From positions 617,871 through 681,870 of the forward strand of contig NMRA01000172.1 of the NCBI GenBank assembly GCA_002633005.1: DNA of 64,000 bases, written 5' to 3'. How positions within the stretch are numbered: the first letter of the stretch is position 1; each line of letters opens with the position of its first letter. This DNA comes from Phoronis australis (lineage: Eukaryota; Animalia; Phoronida). Shown here piece by piece: positions 12,811 to 25,323 of this stretch. Under the pieces are notes generated by a model that saw nothing but the letters and a program-made list of their open reading frames with translations, made no database searches and was not told the DNA's origin. Made by a program: the position numbers and the translations under genes.

Positions 12811-14029
12811 GACTTCACAATGAGCCCCCTATTGCACTCGACGATATTCACGCACATCAATAATATTCACCTAATCTTCCAGATCCACAGCACTAAAATT
12901 GTGAAAAGACTTACAAAGAGTGGAACATACAGAATCGATTACGTATTTGAAGAACAGCTTGACAACTTCAGACGGGCAAAACGTAAACCCCAAGCCCGAG
13001 CAATTCCGTATTCATGCCCCTAAAATCCAGACCAAAACCAAAAATATTTCTTACCAGTGATCAAACTTCATACTCGGCGATCAAACTCCAACCCGGACCA
13101 TAGGTAAAGCATGTAAAGTATACCTGTAGCAACACGGCGTGCGTATTGTACATAAAAAAGAGTTTTGTTTAGGCATTGAACTGCCAACGTAAGGATAGAT
13201 GCAGATTCTGGTTCAAAACAAAGGAACGATCATCTTTACTTTTCCTTCAAGCAATCCATCCTAAAGTCTGCATACGCACAACTGACAAAACTAAGCAAAT
13301 TCTGGATTTGACTCTTCATCCAAGTAAAGAATGTTTGTACCGTCCTTTCCTCGATCATTCATTGGGAGGTTACAATCTAATGGCAATGTTTTTATCGTTT
13401 GCCGACCTACGATTAACACATTAGCGGTTGTGAGTCATTGTTTCTTGCATGTTTATTTAGCAACTCCTTCCATGCAGGTGTAGGTGATAAATGATTTGTA
13501 AGCACATTGCAGTACGATGTAAATTATTACTGCCAATCTAACGATACTTTAATAGTCAGTCAAATTAATTAACCAAGATCACATTTATAAAATAGTTCCA
13601 ATCTCTTCACGTTGCTTGACAGACTCTATTAAACGTTCATTCTTATCAAATCAGTGAAACCTAGTTGTAAGGTTACCGAATTTAAATTAAAAAAGCTGAA
13701 ATATTCAAATACGCTGAAGAACCATGTAATATGGTCACTTTCTCTCGACTGGAAGCTCTCCATGAGCAATCACCAGACTGTGAAGAAGACTGTTTGATCC
13801 AATAACCTTTCTTCCTGATTTAGTGTCTGGGCTGCGAAGCATAAGGCGTTTGCTTCAGCTCGGTATTTAGTGGAGTGAAGGCCTGTGGTGAAGGACTAGC
13901 TTAGCGAGTATATGATGAAGATACCACTTATCCCATTTCTGTCAGCGTCCTCTGAGCAGAGTCATCTGTACAGACGCGGTCCAAATATTTTGTAAATTCA
14001 GAAGAAAAAGAAATTATGGTAGCAAAAAT

Positions 14030-15250
14030 GTAACGGAGGAAAACATATCGTAAGTCAAACTAGATTGCTGTTGGACATACACTTTACATTTGTTGATATA
14101 AGGGCTTGCATGATGCTGGCTAGTTCTTCATTTTCAGTGGTGATTTCCAAGTTCACAAGGGATGAAAATGACAAGCTTTAGAAAGAAATCGACGTTAATG
14201 AAGCTCTCTCATGAGGAATTAAAATATATGAAAAACAACCACTAACGTCAGGTCCTGATTATTGTTCATCGGAGTTCTTGGAAAGACATTTCGGTCTTCA
14301 AGGTGAGAACGTTCAATAGCAGATTTAAGAATCAATTTGCTTACTTAATAACATGAAGGTGTAATTTCTATTATTCCTAAAGGAAAAACCTTATTGAACA
14401 CTCAGCACCTGACGGCATATTTTTTATTAAATAAGATCCACATAATTCTCTCGGGCTGCATGTCTCGTTTAACGCGTTAAATCAGTAATTAATGAACTGG
14501 TTGATAATCGACCAAACTGGATTGATCAAGGGCAAATTTATTGGAGAAAACACATGGACAATTTCCTCCGATACACGACCCAATATACATGTAATATTCC
14601 TGGTGATTTACGGTAGACTTTGTAAAGAATATTTGATTCTGTCTCATGGGAATTCATGTTTAACACTACTTTATTCAATTTCGACAAAAATCATGAACTG
14701 AGTTCGGCTTTTGAACAAGGGTGTAAAAATGTGTGCTATTCAACATTTGGTCACTTTACAATATTTTGAAATTGGTCTCGGCTGCTGTCAAGTAGTAACT
14801 CGTTGTTTGGACCCTATTTAGTGTTCATTAGTTGCGTTCAGATTATGGCTACATTGTTGCGCAATATATATATAAACGGTTATAAATGTAGGCTCGCTGC
14901 ATTTGAAAACTCTGCAATATGCCAATGACGCTGTCCTGTCAGGACGGTTTGAAACGAAACTTGGGAAAATTCACGGTATATGGATTAAAGCTTAAAAAAT
15001 AACTGATATATAATTTACTATGATAACAGCATTCAATAGCTCAGACTGATTTAACAAGCTGGTCCAAAATGTCCGTAACGCCGCGGCAAAACGGCAAAAT
15101 AACTGTTATTAAGGCGTTTGCGCTGGTACTTCTTAAATTGATTCCCCTTATGACAATACTGCCTTTGCCGACAGAAGAGACACTAGTTGATTATATGAGT
15201 AACAGCACGCGTAGAACTCGTGACCAGGCTAAGAGTAATGTTGTTTATGA
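14030..15250 (+). mobile_element. Highly decayed L1/Tx1-clade LINE RT fragment
   Basis: Motifs across frameshifts: GVISIIPKGK, IIDQTGLIKGKFIGENT, LQYANDA (YADD) and GKITVIKAFALVLLKLI. They parallel the element at 61284-64000. Confidence 0.75.
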
Positions 15251-17399
15251 TATTCATGTCCGAATGACGAATGTATTCGTCACAACAAGCATCCCAGTGT
15301 CCACAACACTTGTTCTCGCTCGCGTACATTATCATTTTACTTACAGACCGGCCCAATAACACACCATTTCTTGACAAGTTCCGGAGACAAGATCTATAGA
15401 GAATACACTGTTGACAGCAGTCGTATTTGATATATTGAGCGGAATGTTGAAAATGTGGAGGTCTTCCTCATTTGGTTTAAGTCACGTGACACGAATGTCC
15501 AGAAGATCGGGCGTGCGTTTGGTAACGTTAGGACTTACTATAGGACCTAGCTAAAATCTAGCCAAAGTCAGGTGTTCTGATTTAAAATACTCTACACGGC
15601 AATATCTCACGCAATCTCGCGAAGTCCTGCTTCTTAGCAAGGTCCTAGCGCTACTGAACGGGAGCCTGGTCTCACAGAAGTTTGAAATTGTTCACTTAGA
15701 GCATCATTATTCTAGCTTTGACTGACTCGTGATTTCACATTTATTTCGCACCATGTCTTGTGTGGCCTGTCGTCTTTGTTTGTCTTTGTACGTGATACCC
15801 TCTCTCCTCGTGTTTGAGAATTTGCAACTACCATTTTACATTATACTCTGAAGATGGACGGTGCATTCCTAAATATCATCAGTTTTATTAACTCTACACA
15901 GTCTTATTCAATTAAACATGTATTAATGAAGATCTGCTACCTTATTATGCTAATGTCTGTAACACTTGCCTACTTTTGGGATGATGAGTGTTTTTCTAGA
16001 TTCTGTCTTTCACAGAGCTAAAAAGTCATTCTTTGGAGAGCCTGGTTGCACTGGTTTACTCGTCCCTGAATTATCTTACATGTTGCTGTATGAAAGATGA
16101 TTAACGGTGACTCTTTAAGGTGTAGTAGTTTACGTTATTTTCAGAAACGCGAAGATGTTTTAACTTTCCCAACACTAAGAAAAATAGTGAAAATTTCGGT
16201 GAAGATAATCACTTTAAAGACTCAGACCGATATATGAGTAGGTTCCAGTTGGGTTTTGAGATTTATATTAGTCCGAGTAGAAGTGATGTCCGAGGTGTGT
16301 GCTATCATAGCTAACAATATCTTTTAACATGGAATCAGAAAATGCCACATCGATACAGTAGGAAACCTCTTTATTGTTACAATGATGTTGTAACAAATCT
16401 GAGTGGGTTGCAAATGATTCTCTTTTTTATGAAAACTTGACATCTCTTGTCGGAACATTATGTGTAAACAGTTGTGTTCTGACAGAATTCAACTCAGAAC
16501 GTATTAATCCGTGTGGGGATTGGAATTTGATCCAGGGTTATCGCAAAGTCTATTTCCGTTATGCTAGTTTAGTATAGTCATACAAGAATTATATGCCTCC
16601 TGCAGTAAATGAGGTATTACTCAAATTGCTTCGTGATTTGTTAACCAAATAAGTAGAAGTGCCTCCTGGTACGCCAACTACAGTGCACACCAATAATTAA
16701 CAAACGGTATTAAATAATTGAACTGTGTTAGTTAATAAAGTGCTTTTTAAAACACAAGTTAATCAATGAAATGACGATTTGACGGTACGACTAGGAACCA
16801 CGCATGCAAAAATGGCACAGCGTAGTATTCTTAAAGATACTATTTCCGCTTCATTTTTGTTAAAAACTTCATGATACGGATCTTCACGCAAACAGTTTTA
16901 TTCGAAACCTTAGCCCAAATAATAGTATTTAGACATGACATTGTTTTTTTTTCAAAATAAACTGAGTTTGATTTAGACTTTTAGCTTAATATTTATTTTT
17001 ATGTGGTGCACCAAGAAAAGATAGATGCCGTCAATCGAAATTCGAGTTTCTTGCGAAAGCTGGACATAGTATTCACGACCGTCTGTCCATTCCTATGTGG
17101 CATGATATCCCAAGAAGGAAGATTTCAGTTTTGTCTGTATTATGTGCTGAAGTTTAGATGGCGTCACAGTAGCATTTTCATTTCGGCGACTGTAATAGAC
17201 ATGAAAATGCATCTGTTACTTTTTTGTTCACGGACTCATTAACAGAAAAATGAAGGTCGAGAGATAACCTCATTAAGACTGGTAACAAAATCACGCATTA
17301 CAACCATTAAAAATTATGAACACCTTAAAAATTGTCACATCCTGAGGCATAGCAGTGAGTGAACTGTGAATATTAGGTGGCCTGGGTGGAAGCACTAGG

Positions 17400-20300
17400 T
17401 ACCGGCCTTCATCTAGCAGGCATCCAGGGTGTCCAACTGGAGACCCCCCGACATAAATTAAAGCATCTTAGCTAGGTTATCATAAAGGAAATGAAGTAAA
17501 TGAACTAAAGAAGACTCAAGGTTCTTGGCGCAAATCTGAAGCCGACTGACCGTTGTGATGACTGTACATTTGTCAATTTAGTTTTATTAAAAATTACGTT
17601 TTTTGCCAAAACACACTGCTATAAGTTCTAATCTAAAGTTTCCTATGTGTACAGTGTCGCTGGTAGGACACCTTAAGCTAAAACTTTCAGAGGTTTATTT
17701 CCACCGAGTTTTAAAATTGCAATTCTGTATAAGTTTAAATCCGTTATTAACCATTTTCTGGTGTTAAAATCACAAACTTTGTATAGCCAGATTTAAATGA
17801 GATGCATATATTGCTTTTTTATCAGTGTTACTACATGTAATGAAAACGCTGCTTCTATGAAATGTCTTGAAAAAATACCAAACACTGTTTTAGCTTATTG
17901 GCAGTTCTAAAGCAGTTGCTACACTGTGCACACTTGTTTATTATCACATGACCACCAGTTTTTTAGAAGTATTTTTGCTTTAGGAATGAACGTCTAAGAC
18001 GTAAAATCCTGTTATCTTGTTTTCCAAGTATTTGCACTTGCTGTCGACACACTGGGAACCATGTCTCAGATTTTATTATTTTCAGTACAACAACAAAGAT
18101 ATCAGCCAACAAAGTATCATTTTATATCATCGCAAGATTTATTTTGGATGGTCAGTGCCTCTGTAGTTCAAAGCAAAATAAAAATCTTATTCTACCAATG
18201 GGACATAATATAATATAATAGCACATTTTCAGACTAATGGACCCACCCTGCACAACTCACAAATATTGTTCGAAAATGCTAGAAGTCAAAAGGTTTGAAA
18301 ATAACTGATGAAGACTTCTCCTGCACTTGAAAAGCCTTGAAGTCTTCTCAGGCAAGTTGCTAATATGGAGGCTAAATTATGCATTTATGAAATGTTGAGC
18401 AGCAATACAAAATATAGACGTAATACGTGCGTCAAAATTTAATTTTCGAGGAGAGAAGTGTCCACAGTTACCCTTATAGCCACTGAATCAAGGCTCACGT
18501 GTGGAACAACGTATCGGACACTATTATTGAGTGAGTGAAACAAAAGTAGTGGGGAAGACCTCACACTTTGAATCACAGAATTCATCTAGTGATAGTGAGT
18601 AATTATCAACAGCAATAAAATAAGCCTACTTTCATGTCATAAGTGAAGTAACAATAGTCCACAAGCAGGTGGCACGAAAATACCAACATTCAATGGTCAG
18701 CTACATATGTGTGGCCTATATAGTGTCCCACAGGGTCTGTAAATTTGTTACTTATTACCATGCACAACTTTTAGAAACCTTCTGCACATGTGTTCTAAGA
18801 TATACATGTCGCCACAAGATAATATTTCTGCATGCCTGAAGTTGGTCAGACGCATTCTGATCAGTCTCTGGCCTCAACGCCATCAAGTCATTTTGTTGCC
18901 TGGGCAAAACACTCAGAAATCCAGAAAACATCAATAAAATATATTTTATCCTGTTTCAACATTATTTCAGATTGTGCTTGTTATCTTTTCTAATGTATTC
19001 CATTGTTAATTTCAGTTTCTGCAAATAAACTTATTAAAAAAATATTGCAGATTTAACTAGGGAATAAGTAGTAACTTACTTTCGCTAGTAAATTAATTAT
19101 ATGCTACAACTGGTAGATGCAGAGTGACATTCTATACTGGATAACCAAAATGTTTAGATTTTCAGTATTGCAGACTATAAACTCGCCAATACTTTAATTT
19201 GTAAACTGACACCATGGTTGGTTTTGGATGGGATTTGCAACATAAATTTGAAATAAGTCATATCACCGATAAAATGCGATCAGTTCGACCTTAAAATGAA
19301 AGTAATTCATTGATTACATACACATTAAAGAGAACAAACAATGTTTAAACACTAAGCATTTTCATTTGCTATATTGGCAAGACTTATGTGCCAACATGTA
19401 CAAAGCAACCACGACATGACCAACATGTTTTTCATTAAAATCATCCAACCCTTAGTTACATACCTGGCATAACACCTTTTCTGTCGCCAACAAGACTCAA
19501 CTTTCATGTCTAGGTTCTCCAATTGAGCTCTCCTTCACTCTGCTACATACATGTATGCTAATGGGCTTTGTTTTACATGCACGGGTAGCCAGTCTCGCTA
19601 TTGCTGTCGCACACGTGTTGCTTGGTGCAGTCTACCAGTGGTTTGAGTGTAGTTCGGTTGTGTTTCGCTACGCTCTGTATCTCATGTTTGCGCCAGATGG
19701 TGTTCATATCAGTTAATATATTTGTTTATATGTTGGTACAAGTACATGTAAGTGTAACTTATATTGATTATTTGCTAGAACAAGCAACTACTCTCAATAC
19801 GGTTTGTGACTTAACTGGAGTGTTATGGACGTTTAGGTTCACAGGCAGCTTTAACCAGCTTCTCGACGATATACAAGCACTACAGTAAAGAGAAAGGTAC
19901 ACAACTGCTTTCCAATATGGTCGCCCGCCAGGCACTTACGTAAAAACTCAAAGCATGTCAATATGGCAGTAATTTATGTCATACATTTTATCTGCGACTG
20001 CATCACATTCCCTAGTTACATGTCAATATTAGGTGTAGACCTACGTTATTCTCTCTTCAAGATCAACAGAAAAAATCAGTTCATGATACAAGTACTACAC
20101 TACTTATATTGAGTGCTTAACTGCTGATGACGGGCCAGGTTTGATTGAAAAATCAAAATTAGGATCCTGCTTCAAATGCACTGAATGCTCCAGAAAAGAA
20201 ATATTGGTATTTATCGATCCAACGAAAGGTATTAGTGCTATTCAAATCTAAAAAAAAAATGTTATCCTTTTTATAGGATATTAAACAACTTCGAAAAATC

Positions 20301-20673
20301 CACAAGTCTCGATGAACAGATTCAAGTTTCTGTGGTATATTTGGCATACCGGTACTCCGTATTCTGCAAACGAGTACAAGTTGAGGCACTCACTGTAATG
20401 ACGTTTAGTGATTATGTGAGTCATCTCGTAAGATGCACATGCAAAGCACAAACGAAGACAGGAAAGCAACCCACGGTTTTCGTAGGGATCTCTCGGCGGT
20501 GTCATCAGGAAAATCCTGCCAAAGCGACCACCCATCAGAGGATGGAGAACTTGAAGTCAAGTGAGGAAATCCAGGCCTCATTGCATGTTACTGATTGCTG
20601 TGAGCAAACAGTATATTTTAATTTGAAACGACAAAACAGGAACATTGCCAGGCCCAGCCAGGAAGTAGAGTAG
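17400..20673 (+). pseudogene. Possible decayed, intron-containing DNA transposase (DxxH-type, P-element/Kolobok-like RNase H fold)
   Basis: Exon-like pieces follow polypyrimidine-AG sites: MDP.HQLTNIVRKC-like at ~18236 (needs a frameshift), QYGRPPGTYVK at ~19913 and DPTKG...SKKKCYP at ~20216. There are many stops. The family assignment is from memory of motifs only. Confidence 0.35.
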
Positions 20674-21404
20674 ATGGATGCAAAGTGGGTATGAACAACC
20701 TGTCATTTCCACACACATTTGAGTGCAGTGCACACAATTTCATAACATTCAACAAGGTAAGTTCACAAAGAAATTGATGCGCAGTGTTTTGCTAATATGC
20801 ACTGTTTTATCAAGTGGTAAAACAAACTGTACAATTAAGAATTGAGCCAACCTAGACTTCTTGAAAGTGACTAACATTTCTCAACTGTACTAGAAGTGGG
20901 TGCCGGAAATCTTAATATAATAACATTTGCGCTGCATCGATTGATTTCTGGGAATCCAAAGGAAGGAAATACTGAGGTACACTTGAGGACTGCGGGCAAT
21001 GATTATCACAGCGTGCTATGTTATCAACGTTAAAAACATTATTCTTTGTAGATTAAGATTATGTGGAGGATTGCTACTGAAGCCAGGCAGCGTCTGAACA
21101 GTCTCTACCACTAACGGAATACGGGGGCCTCATGTGTCATGTCACATGGTTATGAGCTTCAGCTGATAACAGATGTGTTATCTGTGTACAACACAGCGAC
21201 ATTGCCAAAAACTTTCTAAAGTTATACCAGTACGTAGCGAACATTAAAACTCAAGGACTTAAAAGGTATCATCGCGTGACCACATATGCTTTCACGCAGA
21301 GAACAGAGCAGAAAATGATTGACGTGTAAACTGTATAAACACACACGATCCCAAAACCACACAACAACAGGGTGCCCACTGTTATATACATTACGTGGTA
21401 GTTG

Positions 21405-22643
21405 GAACGCACTGATTACACTGGAATTAGTCATCCTTTTTCATCTCTTGTACTTCATGTTTGGTCAACCCACTGCATTCCCAGTGCATCTATCTTTCGC
21501 AGTGTGTGCACCGCACCATCATTCCTCATTTCTCCATATGCCTTCCAACGGACTCTGCAGATATCTGCGGTATGCCATCTGCTGCAAAAATAACTTGAGA
21601 TACAATTTGACAAAGGTCTTTCTTTAGTATCAATTTTGGAGGTTGTTGATTCTAAAGTGCCGCAATTTGAAACAACTGGGACTTGGTGCATTGATCCATG
21701 CTGTTTCGGTTGTCCAGGATGGCCCTTTTCCATGTGTAGTGGGACAGTTGTTAGTGTTCAAATTGATTTTTTCAAAGTCACTAATTGAGTACGGTTTATC
21801 AGTCCCCTTTGTTTGAACATTTAGACAATGTGCAAAACTGCGGAACTGGTTTTTGCCACCATCGCACACTTTATTCATCACGGCCATGGCTACTTCCTCT
21901 TTGGTGCCAAGCACCAGCTCTAGTCACATGCGCTGAAGGCATTCCTTTGATTTTCACAGTCTTTTAAAACAGTGAGAGATTATTTTAAGTTCTGGCTTTG
22001 ACACATTCTGCAGCAACTTCTTTTCTTGATCAAAAGCTTGAAAAAACTGAATGTGGCACCGGTAATGTGTGCTAGGCCTCAGCTTGCATTTTGGTTCCTG
22101 AGAAAAACATTGAGTGTTTCTGAGCGGGTAGACTTAGACAAAATTCGTTCCCACCTGCGATGCTTTATATTTCTAAAGAAAATCCAGCTTGGCAGAGGTC
22201 TGTTGGTGTACATCGCTGTTCTGATAGTTCTTATGTAATAATTTCTAGCTTTGGCGATACATCGACCCCCAGTGTATCGTAGTGTGACAAGACTTGCAGG
22301 AGTGGGGACAGTGACTTTGGTTGTTGAGGGTCCGGAGTGTTGGGGATTGTCACATTCTTCAGAATGTCCAGATTTTTCTGACAATACAAAACCCCTCACT
22401 CGCCAAGAGAGCAAACCTCGAAGCCGATCAATTTTAGATTGGGCCTTAGCATGTGCGGTGACATGAATGAAAGCAGCTCTTTGCTGTCGGTGGCTGGAAA
22501 AAGCGACTTGTACATCGAAACAGTGTCTTTTCCAAAAACGGCTATGTGTGCTTTAGACATAAATTGGTCACCGGGCCGTTTTTTGGCTTTCCTGAAAGTT
22601 TAAAGGCCACTCTAACTCGCCGTCTCAATTTCAGATCCTTGCA
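21405..22643 (-). pseudogene. Decayed TE accessory ORF with C-terminal PHD finger
   Basis: Acceptor ccttctttttcAG| at 22644. The ORF contains LRYTGGRCIAKARNYY and RNQNAS.GLAHITGATFSFF, and ends ICRV(R)W...MVRCTHCER*MHWECSGL...FQCNQC, which has C4HC3 PHD spacing with one Cys mutated. Confidence 0.6.
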
Positions 22644-22789
22644 CTGAAAAAGAAGGTTGGCGTTTAGTTTCAACCAATCAATTTATTTCTGTAATAAAGG
22701 CCATCACCCCACTGTACAAAAGAACGATGTGTAAAATACTTAAGAGTGCAACAAGCTATCGCGGAGTCGAAAAGCATAACATATATAGA

Positions 22790-24225
22790 CATATAGGTTA
22801 TTAATTAATTTAGCATCACCACTTGTTGGCATTAATCAAATGAACTTAAAAACAGACGGTAAATTCCACTAATACACTTCAATATAATTTTCTCTCAATT
22901 CAGAATATTTATCACAGCTTAGAAGGAAATGGTACTGGTCTTCAACAACATTGGTGCAGAAGGGACACACTCTGTTTGCCCTATCTTAATTCAAGTACCT
23001 GTGTACTTCAGTCATGAGACTGTGACTAGAACAACGTTGACTTAATTTGTGCACGGAGTATATCCCGTTTGAATTGATTATAAAGACACAATTTAGGATT
23101 GTTTTCCACACTCTGTCCCCATCCTTGCAAATAAAAATCCCTTTTCGCTGTCTAAAAAATTAGCAGAAAAGTATTTTCACACACAACACCTTGATTTAAC
23201 CAAACCTCTTTTAATATATAATTTGACAATGTTAGTCTAACTGATGTAGCCCAATTTCAGGAGTGCACGGCATCACCGCAATATAGTACATGGAAAGTAA
23301 TGGCAACCGCTCACTTTTGCTTAGTACAGCGTCGTTTGAGCATGAATTAGCAACACACAACAAACGCTTTCAAATTTTAATATGCATTTTTTCTAACCAG
23401 TTGCATTCTTGTCAGCCCATGTTTCGGCTCCATAACACAAGGTACGGTAATCTGCGCTGTCGTGTACAATATTGTCTTTCATTTTACCAACAGGGGCGCT
23501 AAATTACACACAACAAACATACGATGATCACTATATACAACACTTAAATCCAGCAACAAGACACCATTTTTCTCTTCAACATATCTACATGAGCCTTCTG
23601 GTGATAGGTAGACAAAGCACATAATTACACCTTTGTCTATATTAAATAAACATTTTTCGAACTTTAAATGAAAAACACCATGAGTGAAATCAGACTTTAT
23701 GCGATCACAAAACTTGTCTAAATATTCTTTTACAAACAGAGTGATGCCACCAGGATTTCGACCACGTTGTTTTTTCTTTTTTGATTGTGCATATTAAAAG
23801 TTGCATAACCTTGAAATTTACACTGATCTTGTCTACTAGTCCATGTTTCACACACTGAAACAATGTCATGACTCGAGAGAAAAGTTTAAACATCTTTACC
23901 ATTTCTTGTGCTTTCCAACTCGCAATTTTGAGTTCTTCCTTATTTGCACAATTCACCGACTGGCCTTCGCCATTTCTCTATTGTCCACGAGTGTGAAACT
24001 CAACGATGTCTTATTGGCTATCGTCGCACACGTACGTTATCCCACCAATAACCAGCTTGTCGTACTTGTTGAACGCTTCCTTACCTTGACTTCTGCCATC
24101 CATTAGGTATCTACATGAATAAAGCTTCCCACGGGTATCTCATATTGACCGAGTAGTATTGTGTAATACGTTATGCAGAACACTGCAGCTTTTCCTTTGG
24201 CAGTTTCAGGATCTCCTCTCTATCT
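22790..24225 (-). mobile_element. Internally deleted LINE (RTE-X/CR1-like): ORF1 C-terminus plus ORF2 C-terminus
   Basis: Minus-strand motifs GRSQGKEAFNKYDKLVIGG (ORF1-type), LCYGAETWA...LEKMHIKI.KRLLCV and RVCPFCTNVVEDQYHFLLSCDKYSELRE (C-terminal Cys/His motif). Confidence 0.7.
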
Positions 24226-24229
24226 TTAA

Positions 24230-24400
24230 AGGAGCATGCCACCCAAACAACAACCTACTTTGAGTTAAGACTATTCAGTCACTGTGAATTCAGAATATGT
24301 AATATATTTTCATGGGTTTACAATTGATAACAAAACAGTTTCATGAAAGAAACTTGAAGGGTCTTCATGAAGGTTAAGAATTACCTCACGATGCTCTTTC
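24230..24400 (+). mobile_element. Kolobok-like terminal fragment
   Basis: TTAA|AGGAGCATGCCACCC resembles the AGGAGAATGCCAC terminus at 46068. The right boundary is uncertain. Confidence 0.5.
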
Positions 24401-24521
24401 TCCCAAACATGTATTGCCTGTTATTTCCACACATTCAGTTGTACCAAATATTACAACCCCAACCCCCCAATGCCAATCCCCCGCTAAGGAATTGAATAAG
24501 TAAATTAACAAAATGACTTAC

Positions 24522-25245
24522 ATATCTTTCTTTAAAAATAGCTGTTCCATTTCAAATGCTTTGTTCGTTGTCTCCAATATTGAAAGTAGGCTTTGACAAC
24601 AGATCTGCACTGGATGGGAAGATCTTGTTGGTTAGCTGCAGTCAAATGCTTAAAACCAATTTTTGTACATTCAGGGACAGTGCAGAACCAATGCATATCT
24701 CCTCTGCACGGTACAAGCCCTCAAACCTAAAAACCAAAGGTCACGTGAAAAAGACATGATAGATTTCCATTTCAACGTGTAATAGATTTCCAGAAGACAT
24801 ATGGTGGGGAGTAAACGAATAGTCTAATGGATATTTGTCACGTACCGTTTGCCATTGGGCTTGGATTGTAATCTTAACTGATACTCATTAACCTGTATCG
24901 AGTTGACAGTGTAAACATTCAGCATTGATTGATGTAACTGTCACTGATAAACCGTTAGAAATCATTCCAAACAATAATAATGCTTTGATGTACGAAAAGA
25001 TCCCGATTGCTACGTCAAGTATCGTAACACATGTCACAACAAAGATTAACCCGACTGGCGACTGCCGCGAAGTCGACATCGGCGAGTACCTCAGTTAACA
25101 GGCATCAGTAGAATAATAATGGAATAAGCCTTAAAATAATCACAAACCTTACCTTTATATAAGATCGTGCTTACTTCCTCTCATAGAAGCACCCTTTTCA
25201 CGCAATCTCAGATTCAGTTGGCACGGCTGCAAGACATTTCACCAT
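24522..25245 (-). pseudogene. Two spliced exons of a TE-borne gene with N-terminal SAP domain
   Basis: ATG at 25245. Exon 1 encodes ..QLNLRLREKGASMRGSKHDLI*R with a GTAAGG donor at 25152. The acceptor tttttAG at 24727 continues in phase R|FEGLYRAE, and a GTAAGT donor follows at 24521. The pattern matches SAP LxxxLRxxGxxxxGxKxDLIxRL. Confidence 0.6.
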
Positions 25246-25323
25246 GTATTTAAAGGGCTCGCGAAATCTATCACCACTAGTACACGCGCGCCCTCTAGGT
25301 ATTGTAAATTTCCGAATAGCCCC
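25240..25323 (-). repeat. Putative DNA-transposon terminus; inverted homologue at 28794-28893
   Basis: Minus strand AT|GGGGCTATTCGGAAATTTACAATACCTAGAGGGCGCGCGTGTACTAGTGGTGATAGATT...TACATGGTGA matches plus strand AT|TGGGCTATTCGACAATCTTTACATTACCAGAGGTCGAGCGTGTACTAGTGGTGGTAGATT...TACATGGTGA. Confidence 0.75.
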
